Shown: positions 14,143 to 28,517, numbered from the whole stretch's first letter. The stretch: DNA of 63,957 bases, filler included, from Octopus bimaculoides (GCF_001194135.2; 4 parts of 3 records of this genome joined end to end with filler, not necessarily neighbours in it), one strand, 5' to 3'. Numbers and translations: made by a program. Notes: a model not told the origin generated them from the letters alone.

Positions 14143-14349
14143 GGTTTCAAATTTTGCCACATGAGCAGCAACATTCGGGATGAGTCAAATTACATCAACC
14201 CCAATGTTCAATTGGTATTTATTTTATCGACCACTAAAGGATGAAAAGTAAGGTCTACCTCGGAGGAAGTTTAACTCAGAATGCATGGACGGGCGAGATG
14301 CCGCTAAGCATTTCGTCCTGCGTGGTAAAGATGATGCCAGCTCGCAGCC
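14143..14349 (-). mobile_element. SINE family A
   Basis: Reverse-strand tRNA-like head and central domain, abutting (AAT)n at 14350-14440. Confidence 0.8.
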
Positions 14350-14379
14350 TTAATAATAATAATAATAATAATAATAATG

Positions 14380-14440
<61 letters not shown>

Positions 14441-14441
<1 letters not shown>

Positions 14442-14875
14442 CCTTGCTAGGAACAGCTATCCGAAAAATAGCCCCGCTAGGAGCAGCTTAGACCTTACTG
14501 GAGACACTATCAACTCAACCAAACAACGTAAAGAAAACAATCCACACACAGAAGGCACACTCTATACAACAATCATCAAATGAAATAAACTTCCACAAGC
14601 AAGCTGATAAACAAATGAATTACATCCTCAACACAAAATAGAAACAGCAATACAACAAAAAATTGCACTATACCTGAAAAGAAAAAAAAACTGACGCAAT
14701 ACAATACCGAGAGGTGTTTGCACACTCCCAAATACAGCAAAAAATCCACAATGCTGTGCACAATCCAGCAACACGGAAGTGTAGCTGGTGATGCAGTAGA
14801 AAGTTGCCGGAAGTGGCTGTCATGACTTCTGATCTTAACTGATCAGCCCTCCACCTTTAATAATAATACTAATAG
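14441..14875 (+). mobile_element. Probable 3' end of a Dong/R4-like LINE between (AAT)n tracts
   Basis: It starts with LLGTAIRKI, similar to the R4-clade C-terminal LLGTARILRK, and ends in TAATAATAAT. Confidence 0.4.
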
Positions 14876-14928
14876 TATTTCTCTGACACCACAGAGTAGA
14901 TGGAAGTTTGAAAAAAAATTATCTTCAG

Positions 14929-15240
14929 ATTACGCATACGTTGAATCCACTATCTGCTTCAATGAACAAGAAACCGTTTCGGAGGACAATTTCCCCTGCC
15001 TGCAACGCGTACTAACCAGAACTATTATCCACATTGAGAAAGTGGGTGTCAATCGCACAAAGTTAAGTTCTGTATGCAAGACAATATACCGATGGATCAC
15101 TCGAAAAATTGAAATCAAAGGGTACAATGTAATACGGTTTACTAAATTACTTATAGAGAAATATGGATATTGACTATGAGCCTTTAATCTCCTCCATTCC
15201 ACATGCCTAAGAATATTTCTTAGCACTCTACACAAAGCCT
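14929..15240 (+). mobile_element. Decayed RTE LINE RT fragment
   Basis: YAYVESTI..., KVGVNRTKLSSV and, in a shifted frame, NLLHSTCLRIFL resemble RTE FTYLGSTL / GISLTTKLKV / NHFHLSCLRKIL. Confidence 0.45.
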
Positions 15241-15254
15241 TGAGAATAACTCAA

Positions 15255-15520
15255 ACTGAAAATAGATGGATAAAGAAAAGAATGAAAGGATAATTTCATA
15301 GGGATGTTGAAGAAAAGACAGACAGAAAAAAAACAGTGGTTATGCATGACTAAACGGAGGCGCAAATCTGTGCTGCCAAAGAACGATCATTAAGAATCAA
15401 TTACATCAAATGCAGAATAGACAACACATCAGAAAGTGATAAGTTCAGAATCAGTGAACATAATTGTGAAACGGTATGGTATATTACCAATCAATGTATT
15501 ACCAGACATGGTAGGACAAA
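15255..15520 (+). mobile_element. Dong/R4-clade LINE fragment (region before the CCHC knuckle)
   Basis: RMKG*FHRDVEEKTDRKK...TEAQICAAKERSLRINYIKCRIDNTSESDK...ETVWYI. Confidence 0.75.
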
Positions 15521-15719
15521 GTTACGTTTCGAACAGAATTTTATAGCATGCACACCAGAAGGAACCATAAGTGACTGAGTCGTGCAATGACACGACAGCC
15601 AGCCAGCAAACCATATCAATGTGTGTGTCGTTGAGTGTACGTATGTAAACGTATATGTGTGTGTGAGTGTTTATGTGTGTGCATATCCATCTATCTATGT
15701 AAATATATACACACCCACC

Positions 15720-15753
<34 letters not shown>

Positions 15754-17903
15754 CATATNNNNNNNNNNNNNNNNNNNNNNNNNNNNNNNNNNNNNNNNNN
15801 NNNNNNNNNNNNNNNNNNNNNNNNNNNNNNNNNNNNNNNNNNNNNNNNNNNNNNNNNNNNNNNNNNNNNNNNNNNNNNNNNNNNNNNNNNNNNNNNNNNN
15901 NNNNNNNNNNNNNNNNNNNNNNNNNNNNNNNNNNNNNNNNNNNNNNNNNNNNNNNNNNNNNNNNNNNNNNNNNNNNNNNNNNNNNNNNNNNNNNNNNNNN
16001 NNNNNNNNNNNNNNNNNNNNNNNNNNNNNNNNNNNNNNNNNNNNNNNNNNNNNNNNNNNNNNNNNNNNNNNNNNNNNNNNNNNNNNNNNNNNNNNNNNNN
16101 NNNNNNNNNNNNNNNNNNNNNNNNNNNNNNNNNNNNNNNNNNNNNNNNNNNNNNNNNNACGCGTGGGTTATTGAGATGCGGTACAAGCAATGGAGGCAGT
16201 ATTTAATTAAAATGTCCATGCATGTATCATATTAAATTTACAGACACTGTCGATAAGCTAGTTACTCTAGAATATTTCCTGCAATAAGTTCTTATGAACA
16301 TTCTTTAGAAACACAAAATATCAGAAGGAGTGAGAGAGTAAGCGAGAGAGAGGGAGAGTGAGAGAGAACAAGAGCAGACAAACAGATTTACAGACAGCGA
16401 CGGAGAGAAAGAGAGAGAGAGAGAGACAGGGAGAAAGAGTCAAAGAGAAACTGACAGACAGAGAGTGTCCTAGAGGAAGCTTCTAGGAGCACTAGATTCA
16501 CATTATGTGGATCTTTATCATGGCTGCTCTTGATGAGGTATGTCGCGGGTTCTGACAACAGATTATGTTATGATAAATGATACACGAGTTGTGACAAAAC
16601 TTACAAGATTATGTCAGATCACGTTTATCGATATGAAACAATTCTTTTTTTCATATCGGAAGTAACCAAGATAGCAAAAACACATTTCACTTAGGTTCCT
16701 TAAAAACAAATGCATGAGAAGTAGTCCGGCATTCGTTAAGGAATGTATAACACCAAAGGCCAAATGAAGAAATGGTTTTCTATTAAGAATTAATGTACTA
16801 TGCAATTTGAAATGCCACTCAAATTGAAACAACTGCAATATAAAGAAGATGGAAGTGATGTAATATTCATGGAAATGTTTTTATTTTTCTATTTAGATTT
16901 CAGTAACAAACAGTAACATTTTGTGAATAAAATTTTCTATTCTCGTCTGTTTGTAATATTTCAATTACTTTGCTTTCACATGATTCAATTCGTTTATGAT
17001 GTATACAAACCAGTCCTTATAAACACTATATTTGTATCACACGATGCTAGTAACATATACACGGGCGCACAGGAATATTGACTAAAGCATTCGATGAATA
17101 AATTCTCCTTCCCTTAGAACATTGCATGAGTCTCCACCGCCAACGCATTTAATATTGAATTAGCCGAATCTGTTTTGTGTCAATAAGTCAGGTTGCTGTT
17201 ATTCGTAAATCGGTATCATTGGCACACAAACATTCTCTAGAATTTACATGCAATTACTCGACTAATACATTAACTTTTTTTAGAGATACAAACAGTTTTA
17301 GATATTAAGAGCAAGGATGCTTTTCTGATATTTATACTTTGGAAATGGAAAGTTGTATAAATATTCATATGTAACTTGAAAGACTTTCATGTTGCCTGCT
17401 TCTCTAAGGAAGAGTATTAAGTATTGAGAATATTTAATACTTATGTACAAAAGCTTCAGAATTAGATGCGGAAATATATGCGTTCACACAGGAGACATAA
17501 AACGTCTCATGATATTTGAAAAAAATTCAAATGATTCACTTTATAATATTTAAAATAACATCGGTGGACATTACTAATAATACATCAGAAGAAAAAAAAT
17601 ACAAGATATTCCCAGCCATTACACCTTTCATCACAATTCTGAATCACTAATTAATATTGATATCGGGCTAGACATCTTCACTAAAAAGCCCATAACAATA
17701 GTCAACGTGTTAATTGTGGTATAATATAGGAAAATACTTCTAATTGCGGGTTCCTTTTTATTTAAGATGCTAAATCAGCAAATAGTAGCATTTCTACCAG
17801 TAAACATTGTGAAATTGAGCTATTAAGACTTGAAACCGGGACGATAAATATCAATCTCACTAAGAGCATTGTAATACAAGGAGTATAAATTATTACATAT
17901 ATA

Positions 17904-18115
17904 TTCTTTTCTACTCTAGGCACAAGGCCCAAAAATTTTAAGGAGGGGGCCAGTCGATTAGAATGACCTCAATACGCAACAAGCAGTTAATTTACTGACT
18001 TCCAAAAGATGAAAGCAAAGTCGACCTCGGTGGAATGTGAACTCAGAATAAAATGGCAGACGAAATACTGCCACGCATTTCACCGGAGTGCTAACGTTTC
18101 TGCCAACTCGCCGCC
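17904..18115 (-). mobile_element. SINE family A with 15-bp TSD TATTACATATATATT
   Basis: Full head and core. The TSD lies at 17891-17905 and 18121-18135. Confidence 0.9.
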
Positions 18116-18137
18116 TTATTTATTACATATATATTGG

Positions 18138-18342
18138 CACAGGCGTGGGTGGGTGCTAAGAGGAATACTTCCCAACAACATGATCTAGATTTAGTCCGAG
18201 TGCGTGGCAACTTTGGCACGTGTATTCTACTATAGCCTCGGGCCCGCCAAACCTTGTGAGTGGATTTGGTTGAAGGAAACTGAAAAAAGCCTATCTAATA
18301 TATATACATACATATGTGTGTCTGTGTGTGTGTGTGTGTCAG
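18138..18342 (+). mobile_element. SINE family B (CORE-like, ACAGGCGTGG... head)
   Basis: It matches other copies (CTACTATAGCCTCGGG...CCTTGTGAGTGGATTTGG) and runs into (TA)/(TG)n and a gap. Confidence 0.8.
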
Positions 18343-20250
18343 NNNNNNNNNNNNNNNNNNNNNNNNNNNNNNNNNNNNNNNNNNNNNNNNNNNNNNNNNN
18401 NNNNNNNNNNNNNNNNNNNNNNNNNNNNNNNNNNNNNNNNNNNNNNNNNNNNNNNNNNNNNNNNNNNNNNNNNNNNNNNNNNNNNNNNNNNNNNNNNNNN
18501 NNNNNNNNNNNNNNNNNNNNNNNNNNNNNNNNNNNNNNNNNNNNNNNNNNNNNNNNNNNNNNNNNNNNNNNNNNNNNNNNNNNNNNNNNNNNNNNNNNNN
18601 NNNNNNNNNNNNNNNNNNNNNNNNNNNNNNNNNNNNNNNNNNNNNNNNNNNNNNNNNNNNNNNNNNNNNNNNNNNNNNNNNNNNNNNNNNNNNNNNNNNN
18701 NNNNNNNNNNNNNNNNNNNNNNNNNNNNNNNNNNNNNNNNNNNNNNNNNNNNNNNNNNNNNNNNNNNNNNNNNNNNNNNNNNNNNNNNNNNNNNNNNNTG
18801 TGTGCGTGTACGTGTGTGTGTGTGCGTGTGTGTGTATAGCATTTTTAACATCAAATTTGCCTCGTGATGAAAAGAGACATAAATGGTTTCTGTCCGATTA
18901 ACAAATAGTGTAATTCATGCAAAGAAAACGTTTATTCATTCCCTTGATATGAATATTGTGTGTCCCATCACGCCAATAACCGTAATTTTCCGCCTCATGA
19001 TTTGCACTAACTCTGACCGTGAAATGTGTAATCAGCATTTTCTAAACAGAATTATTCTTGTTTTATAATGCATTTAGCTGCAACAGTTTATATCAGATTG
19101 CAAAATGCGCAAAGATGAAATTAATATTTTTGTATGGTTTACTCATGCACATTTGACAATATTAGTCACCGAGTTATAGTTAATAAAACTGGGATGTTAT
19201 TTGATCAATTAAGAAATTAGCATTTTTATTAATTTAATGAGAAAAGCGTTCAAAGCGGCTGATTTCAAATCGTCTTTCAAATTATGTGCATCATAAAAAA
19301 GTATTAGCTTGGTGCCTTTAAGCATTAAATTAATTGCTTGTGATGTGATATGTTTTCCAATAATCAAACAGTGATTGCAACGAAACGATAACATTGCATT
19401 CACTGACAAATCCGCGCATATAAAACTGGTCTTGCCGTTTAATATACGGTTATAAAAAATGGCAGATGAAACGTAATATGAGAGTCACATGCGCGTTAAT
19501 CACAGAACATCGTAACTGTCACTCTTATTGCACATATTTTCACATATAACGGATCTAACGAAAAATCTTTTAAAATACAAACGTATGCACATGTACAAAA
19601 TATCAGCAAAGAATCATTGACACGCTACTTCAGATTCATACATTTTTATTAATATATGTGCAGCTTTAATTAAATTAAACAACGTATATTTAATTTGTCC
19701 AGAGTATATTTAAAATGATAAACGATGTCAGTTATGGCCATGTATTTATTTTACATTTCTTTAGATTCATCGATTAAATTTATGTGTAACATCATAAATG
19801 AATATATATATATATATATCAATGTATATAAAATATATGACACTGAAGTTTTAAGATAGACATATCAAAGTCATGGAAAATTTACACCAGTGTAGTTGCC
19901 TAGTTTTCATTTTATCTAGACGTGGTAGTGGAAAACAAAATGCGTGATGATGTAAATACATATTTGAAGAGGTTTCTTTCTTTGCTAAATTGATTCTGCC
20001 ACCAACCTTGCCTGCTGGCTGCCCCAGACATTATGTTAAACAAACCAGTTGTAAAATCCTTCTATTTAAATTCGTTTTAGTTATATTTATTTATAATTTA
20101 TTCCTTCTTAGAACAGTAAAGTCGGCAAATAGATGTAACATAAAAGGATTGAATGCCTCACAATTTGTCGACGTTCTGAAATCAAAACCTACCGAGTATA
20201 TTTTCTGCATTAAATTGTCTAACACTCGACAAATTATAAATTCTGATTTT

Positions 20251-20449
20251 AGAACGAGGCCAGCAGTTTAGTGGGGAGTGGTATGTCGATTGCATCGACT
20301 CCGGTACTCAACTGGTACTTATTTCATCGACCCCGAAAGGACGAGAGGCAAATTTGACCGCAGCGGAAATTGAATTCAGAACCTAAAGACGGACGAAATA
20401 CCGTTATGTATTTTCTCCGGCGTGCTAACAATTCTGCCATCTCACAGCC
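20251..20449 (-). mobile_element. SINE family A
   Basis: Same head and core as the other family A copies. Confidence 0.8.
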
Positions 20450-20639
20450 TTTGCCAATAGGATGATAATAATTAGCCGGAACCCTCGAATATTTCACGGA
20501 ATTAATGGAACATAAAATACAGACTTTAGTTAAATTGCATAAATCTGCCACGTAAATAAGCGTGAATATTCCACGGAATTGCACTTATGCGCATGCCTTA
20601 AGATATGGGTGATATAAAAAACTTAAAAGAATACACTTT

Positions 20640-20802
20640 TCCCTATCCAGTCACCACGACCATCATCATCACTCTTCCTCCTTTCTCTCTCCCTCTACTT
20701 CTCCTTCTCATTCCTCTATCTCCCCTCTTTCTCCTCTATCCCTCCCTCGCACTCTCCCTCCCTCGCCCTCTCCCTCCCTCGCCCTCTCCCTCCCTCGCCC
20801 TC
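20640..20802. repeat. Polypyrimidine (CT/CCCT) low-complexity tract
   Basis: Direct reading, running into a gap. Confidence 0.9.
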
Positions 20803-22343
20803 NNNNNNNNNNNNNNNNNNNNNNNNNNNNNNNNNNNNNNNNNNNNNNNNNNNNNNNNNNNNNNNNNNNNNNNNNNNNNNNNNNNNNNNNNNNNNNNNNN
20901 NNNNNNNNNNNNNNNNNNNNNNNNNNNNNNNNNNNNNNNNNNNNNNNNNNNNNNNNNNNNNNNNNNNNNNNNNNNNNNNNNNNNNNNNNNNNNNNNNNNN
21001 NNNNNNNNNNNNNNNNNNNNNNNNNNNNNNNNNNNNNNNNNNNNNNNNNNNNNNNNNNNNNNNNNNNNNNNNNNNNNNNNNNNNNNNNNNNNNNNNNNNN
21101 NNNNNNNNNNNNNNNNNNNNNNNNNNNNNNNNNNNNNNNNNNNNNNNNNNNNNNNNNNNNNNNNNNNNNNNNNNNNNNNNNNNNNNNNNNNNNNNNNNNN
21201 NNNNNNNNNNNNNNNNNNNNNNNNNNNNNNNNNNNNNNNNNNNNNNNNNNNNNNNNNNNNNNNNNNNNNNNNNNNNNNNNNNNNNNNNNNNNNNNNNNNN
21301 NNNNNNNNNNNNNNNNNNNNNNNNNNNNNNNNNNNNNNNNNNNNNNNNNNNNNNNNNNNNNNNNNNNNNNNNNNNNNNNNNNNNNNNNNNNNNNNNNNNN
21401 NNNNNNNNNNNNNNNNNNNNNNNNNNNNNNNNNNNNNNNNNNNNNNNNNNNNNNNNNNNNNNNNNNNNNNNNNNNNNNNNNNNNNNNNNNNNNNNNNNNN
21501 NNNNNNNNNNNNNNNNNNNNNNNNNNNNNNNNNNNNNNNNNNNNNNNNNNNNNNNNNNNNNNNNNNNNNNNNNNNNNNNNNNNNNNNNNNNNNNNNNNNN
21601 NNNNNNNNNNNNNNNNNNNNNNNNNNNNNNNNNNNNNNNNNNNNNNNNNNNNNNNNNNNNNNNNNNNNNNNNNNNNNNNNNNNNNNNNNNNNNNNNNNNN
21701 NNNNNNNNNNNNNNNNNNNNNNNNNNNNNNNNNNATATATATATATATATATATACATATGTATATAGATACATAGATGCATATATGCATACATACGCAC
21801 ATATCTACATATATACATGCATCCATGTATGTATGTATATGTGTATATAATCATTGGATAGATTGGCTGGCAGCTAACGTCATTTTGATTGTATTATCGT
21901 ATATTGTCTTTATGATTTTCCTTCCATGTAAGCTTTTTAAATTTGTTTCCCATGTCATTTCTTTTAAGATGGAAAGCCCTAAAATATATATATCACAAAA
22001 ACCCATCTCCATTTAGACGCCAATATTTACATCATATTGCCTTTTGTTCCGGGTCGAATATCACTTGTTTAAACCTAGCTACTTTAAGGATCATATCAAT
22101 AATATAGCGAACCTCTTGACTCTCCTGCGCATTGTGAAGCAGAATATTGAGAACTATCGATGAGGTTGACAAAACATGCACAAGCATTCGACTAGTATGC
22201 ATTTCAGATTACAAATTATAAGATTTAAGATTTGTTTCCAGCATAGAAGATTTAACATTTAATACTTTCGTTTAATCCATTATGCGAGCGGTATTTCTTC
22301 CACCCACTATGTTTTATATATGCATACGTATGTTTTTACACAC

Positions 22344-22384
<41 letters not shown>

Positions 22385-24010
22385 TACACACACACACACA
22401 CATCAAAAAGACGTGTAATAATACTATTCTTCAGATGCAAAAACAGCCATACCAATAACCCAGTATGCCTCCATCATCAGCTACCGCCCGGATATCGTTA
22501 TGGTTTCGACACCTTTACAGTATCATTCATTCCGACGCCGTCAGCAGCATTAAAACGTGCTGTTGTGGAATAAACACACCAAATAATCTACAACTTTGAA
22601 ACATATTTACCCTATGTACAACNNNNNNNNNNNNNNNNNNNNNNNNNNNNNNNNNNNNNNNNNNNNNNNNNNNNNNNNNNNNNNNNNNNNNNNNNNNNNN
22701 NNNNNNNNNNNNNNNNNNNNNNNNNNNNNNNNNNNNNNNNNNNNNNNNNNNNNNNNNNNNNNNNNNNNNNNNNNNNNNNNNNNNNNNNNNNNNNNNNNNN
22801 NNNNNNNNNNNNNNNNNNNNNNNNNNNNNNNNNNNNNNNNNNNNNNNNNNNNNNNNNNNNNNNNNNNNNNNNNNNNNNNNNNNNNNNNNNNNNNNNNNNN
22901 NNNNNNNNNNNNNNNNNNNNNNNNNNNNNNNNNNNNNNNNNNNNNNNNNNNNNNNNNNNNNNNNNNNNNNNNNNNNNNNNNNNNNNNNNNNNNNNNNNNN
23001 NNNNNNNNNNNNNNNNNNNNNNNNTATATATATATACATATATATATATATATACACGCACACACACACACGGTCACACATATCATATATCTGATCAAAC
23101 TGACTTTCTCCGTAACTCGCTGAATGATAATAGTATTAATATCTCTTCCTTCGTTGAGATCCACCTAAATTTAGATCTGGCACGTTGCACTCATTATGTG
23201 TGTGAATTTGCATATGAGTGTATTTATATGTGAGTGCGAACAAATTTTTAAATCTAAGTACGTAAAACTGAAAGGTATTTACTTGCATAACATACATAGT
23301 TCACAAATTAAAACAGAAGGGGCGGCTTTTTTTAACATGCTACTTGTATGTAACGAATTTCTTGTCAAATATCTTTTCTCTCAGCTACAGCGAACAACCT
23401 GTTCTCATTAGTTGCCCAGAAATTATTTTACCCGCCCATTTACCTAAATATTCATTCAGTCTATTGGTAAACAATTAATGCACAATGGTGGACTATAATG
23501 GAGGGGAGTTTAATTATTGAGTGGAGACATATTTACAATAAGACTTGATAGCAACTGCATAGAATAATAGCACTTCTAATGTAAATTAAAAAAACTACAG
23601 GCCTGAAATTCAAGTTTAAGAAATGAACATTAACTGATAACATGGATTAGTGTGTATACAAATTTTCTGAAGTATAGTTAGCGACTTAATACATGTCACA
23701 ATAGGCAGGAGTTAATATGGCTTCAATAGCGCTATAGTCAAATATACATCTATATGTAAGCTTACTATTTCGTTTGAATTTGTATTATCCAACGTCGAGA
23801 AGCGTTCAATGATCTAATCAAGCTAATAGCTTGGCGTGTCGCGGATGCACATAAATATTCTTCAGAGATTTTACGTAATATGAATTACATTCTGTAGCGT
23901 ATTACTATGTTTCAAACATAAGTAATGGAATTGATTTTCTAGTGAGTAAAGCAAAACAAAATCGTTTGAATAAATCGATGAATATAGTAAGGATTAATAT
24001 ATATACATGC

Positions 24011-24057
<47 letters not shown>

Positions 24058-24552
24058 TTCTCCAGAATTTTCCCTGCAAATTCAATCCCATGCTGAAGTA
24101 TATTACGTGATAGGAATGTGAAGCTTTCTGTCAAAAAACGTTCACTCTCTCATGCACTAAATCTTTCTCAGTAATATGGAAGTGCATTTCATACCATTAA
24201 TAATTTCTGTTGGAAATTAAATAAACACAATGCAGATAAAATTGAACGCAACATCTCAGGAAATAGTTCTAATTCTTGCATTAGAAACAATGGTTCAACG
24301 AAATATCTACGTTAATTATCCATTCCCTCCCTTTGGAATTTAGCAATCAATGACAGGGATCCGATGAGCAGTATGGAATCTACATATGCATCATTCACTC
24401 TGTGGATTATCTTACGGATATTGCATCACGTCAGATCAAAATTCAAGCACGCACACACATACATACTCATACATTCACAAGCAACCACAAACAGCATCGC
24501 GCACAAAACACATATGCACACATTTACATATATATTATTTTCTTTCAGATGC

Positions 24553-24690
24553 TGAATGCGGACAGCTCGCAGAACCATTAAGGTCACTTCATGACATCTA
24601 TAAATTTCGGAGTTCAAATCCTGCAGATGTCGAATGTGGCCTCTTACCATTTGAGTAACTGTTATCGATGTAATCAACTTCCCATCCCCA
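24553..24690 (+). mobile_element. Old SINE family A remnant
   Basis: GGAGTTCAAATCC B-box and a decayed core. Confidence 0.55.
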
Positions 24691-24948
24691 CATAAAATAT
24701 TCTCATTGTACCATTATATAAAACCATTTTTTGCAGGTTTGAGACTAACAATGTGAAGAAACGAATTTATGAAATGTTGACTTATTCAGTTTCATGTTCA
24801 GCTTTTAGCATCATAGATGATTTTCTCTACACTGTAGTATTTTCAGTGACACACACACACACCATACGCCCACAGCATATATAATTTTATTCTTTTACTC
24901 GTTCTAGTCATTAGACAGCGGCCATGCTGAGCGACCTCTTTGACTGTA

Positions 24949-24983
<35 letters not shown>

Positions 24984-25897
24984 NNNNNNNNNNNNNNNNN
25001 NNNNNNNNNNNNNNNNNNNNNNNNNNNNNNNNNNNNNNNNNNNNNNNNNNNNNNNNNNNNNNNNNNNNNNNNNNNNNNNNNNNNNNNNNNNNNNNNNNNN
25101 NNNNNNNNNNNNNNNNNNNNNNNNNNNNNNNNNNNNNNNNNNNNNNNNNNNNNNNNNNNNNNNNNNNNNNNNNNNNNNNNNNNNNNNNNNNNNNNNNNNN
25201 NNNNNNNNNNNNNNNNNNNNNNNNNNNNNNNNNNNNNNNNNNNNNNNNNNNNNNNNNNNNNNNNNNNNNNNNNNNNNNNNNNNNNNNNNNNNNNNNNNNN
25301 NNNNNNNNNNNNNNNNNNNNNNNNNNNNNNNNNNNNNNNNNNNNNNNNNNNNNNNNNNNNNNNNNNNNNNNNNNNNNNNNNNNNNNNNNNNNNNNNNNNN
25401 NNNNNNNNNNNNNNNNNNNNNNNNNNNNNNNNNNNNNNNNNNNNNNNNNNNNNNNNNNNNNNNNNNNNNNNNNNNNNNNNNNNNNNNNNNNNNNNNNNNN
25501 NNNNNNNNNNNNNNNNNNNNNNNNNNNNNNNNNNNNNNNNNNNNNNNNNNNNNNNNNNNNNNNNNNNNNNNNNNNNNNNNNNNNNNNNNNNNNNNNNNNN
25601 NNNNNNNNNNNNNNNNNNNNNNNNNNNNNNNNNNNNNNNNNNNNNNNNNNNNNNNNNNNNNNNNNNNNNNNNNNNNNNNNNNNNNNNNNNNNNNNNNNNN
25701 NNNNNNNNNNNNNNNNNNNNNNNNNNNNNNNNNNNNNNNNNNNNNNNNNNNNNNNNNNNNNNNNNNNNNNNNNNNNNNNNNNNNNNNNNNNNNNNNNNNN
25801 NNNNNNNNNNNNNNNNNNNNNNNNNNNNNNNNNNNNNNNNNNNNNNNNNNNNNNNNNNNNNNNNNNNNNNNNNNNNNNNNNNNNNNNNNNNNNNNNC

Positions 25898-26340
25898 AAC
25901 ACACACATACACACTCCCGCTAGACAACCACGCGGGGTTTGCCTACATCCTGTTATCTTCGTTGTTCACGAGAATTGCGGTAGAGAATAAGTTCCAGGAT
26001 CGATTTATTCGACTAAAACCTGCAAGGCGGTGCCCTGCAATATGTTTATATTTGTTTACCGACGTGGAAACCATATTCATTATCCAGAATCGAATTTTGA
26101 TCAACGCCATATGTTCTATGTAATAGTAGAAAAAGTAAATTTTCTTGTGTATATGTACGCATGATTATATGTATGTGTGTGTGTTTGTGTGTGTATGTGT
26201 GCGTCTGTGTGTGTGTGCGTAGTAAGAACCTCGCTTTATGACCACATGTTTCCCGTGACATGGATGCCTTCTAGTATAGCCATATGCCGACCAAATCCTT
26301 GAACGTCGATATGGCAGACAGGAACTGAAAGACACCCGAC
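25898..26340 (+). mobile_element. SINE family B fragments (3' part at 25898-26045, head at 26215-26340)
   Basis: GATCGATTTATTCGACTAAA..GGCGGTG and GTAAGAACCTCGCTT...CCAAATCCTTG match family B. Confidence 0.65.
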
Positions 26341-28275
26341 TTTCTTGATTTAAGTTTTAAATCTCTTTTTTAGATTTCTTCGAATATTCAAAAAGAAATA
26401 TTCCCTTTCAATACGCGGAATATTTTATGGATGCATTANNNNNNNNNNCAAATTTTGAATTCGATTATTGAAAATATTTTTGAAGGATTCTAAAAATACT
26501 TTTATTTACGGTGCCATATTTCTGCAGTCACTGAAAATATATTTTTTTTTTGTAGTAATCAATCACGAGTGGCTGTATTTTCAGACTTATAGTAAATGTA
26601 AGATCTGCTTTGTGACGTATATATATATAGTCCACTACCATACACGCTATCAAAATACAGAAACTTTCAGCATATTTGCTGTAGACAGATTTTCCTGTGT
26701 ATTGTACGCCAGTCATCAAGTGCTTCGCATGTTGTCATGTGAACAGCATTGAGTTTTATGAAGAAAACATGTGGCTATCTACTGTCCACCCATTATCGTC
26801 TCAGTGAATTCTATGTCTTTCTTATATACGTACACATTCCTTTAGCAGATATGCGAAATAGCGCATATAATAGATTCCATTGGTATGTTGAGGCATTTAG
26901 TATTTCCTGTAAAACTGTGGCCGTTGCCAATCTTCGTCAGTAGGAAAATATATATTTATCTTATACATGAATAAGTGCGTGGAGGATGGTTGTTTCTGAT
27001 TGTATGTAAATGTGTGCGTTTGCATGTGTGCGTAAATGTTGAGCGAGATTTTAAGGAAAAAATGCAAAACATATAGTGAAGTGAGAGTTATTGAATTTAT
27101 AGAATTTGTTTCAACCGTGATTTTACATTTCGCTAGACGGTTTATTCAAAAACTCCATTATGACGTCAAGTAAAACATAAAGTCACACAGAAAACAAATA
27201 AAATATGCACACACACAAACACACACACGCACACACAAACACACACACGTACATACACATACACACACAACGCTGTGGTAGAGAAAAATGAACACAAAGT
27301 GTAACTGTGGAATATAAATTATTACTATTTCCGGTTCCCAGTTGTAATTTACAAAAGGAAAAGAGAGAGAGAGAGAAAAAAAAAGAACGTGAACATTTAT
27401 ATTGTAATTTTCCAACAATTTTCGTCTTCCTTGCTAATTGGCGTAAACACGTCTGAACGAGACAAGGCCTTATTTTACTTTGCTGTCATGTACGCCATTC
27501 ACATATTGACAACGTCTGATATAAGAGAATGAATAATTTCATTGTTTCTATGAAAATAAACTGCAGAGCCAATGATGTCCGTAATTCTTTATAATAATCT
27601 AGACGGATTGTTTTCATTGAAATAAAACAAACAATATTCTCTAAGATTCAATGCTATGAAATATTTTCATTGATAAGAGAGGAAAGAAACAATTGTGTTT
27701 TATAAGCAATACAATAGTGTTTTGCTATATCGATATACAAAAACAACTTCGTAGATTAGACATGTTTTCATTATTTTATGAATGTGTTTCGATAACACTA
27801 TATTGGTTGTCTTCTCCAGGTTCGCGCAAATTATAATATATGCATGTATACGTATGCATAATTACATATGTATATGTATGTGTGCATCGAGTGACTGTGG
27901 AGTGCATATGTGGATATATATTTCAGAGTTATTTTCGAGAAGCTACCTGTGCATTTTGTCTTTGAGCAAAGTACTACAGTTTCCTTTAATTCCAATATCC
28001 TCTGTGGTAATGCGAATCTGCCAGAAACACTTAAATACATATATCGTCCAAACATCCATATATTGAAGATTTCTATCGGTGTTCATAAAACTATTCACTG
28101 CTCAGCAACCGCATGGTTGTGTGTTCAGTCCCACTGCGTAGTAACAAAGGCAATAACTCTATTAGAGCATCGAGAACACTATTGAATTGTGAGAGACTCT
28201 AGTATGCTTTTCGAAAGCCTGTCTGATACACACGCATCGATGTATGTACATGCATTTGTGCTTGTGTGTGTGTAT

Positions 28276-28306
<31 letters not shown>

Positions 28307-28417
28307 GAGAAAGAGAGAGAGACAATTAGAGAAATAGTTTGATACACTGACAGACAGGCAGACATATAATTATAAGATATTTATATGCCCATATATAGAT
28401 ACATGTATATATATATA

Positions 28418-28517
28418 NNNNNNNNNNNNNNNNNNNNNNNNNNNNNNNNNNNNNNNNNNNNTTAATTAATTAANNNNNNNNNNNNNNNNNNNNNNNNNNN
28501 NNNNNNNNNNNNNNNNN
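28418..28517. other. Synthetic assembly spacer N44-TTAATTAATTAA-N44
   Basis: Exactly 100 bp, with stops in all six frames. The same structure recurs around 41118-41129 and 61839-61850. Confidence 0.95.

Noticed and set aside
14929-15173. 80-codon stop-free + frame after a cttcag acceptor, also open on the minus strand
   Set aside because: It is better explained as a decayed RTE RT fragment, with motifs continuing in a shifted frame.
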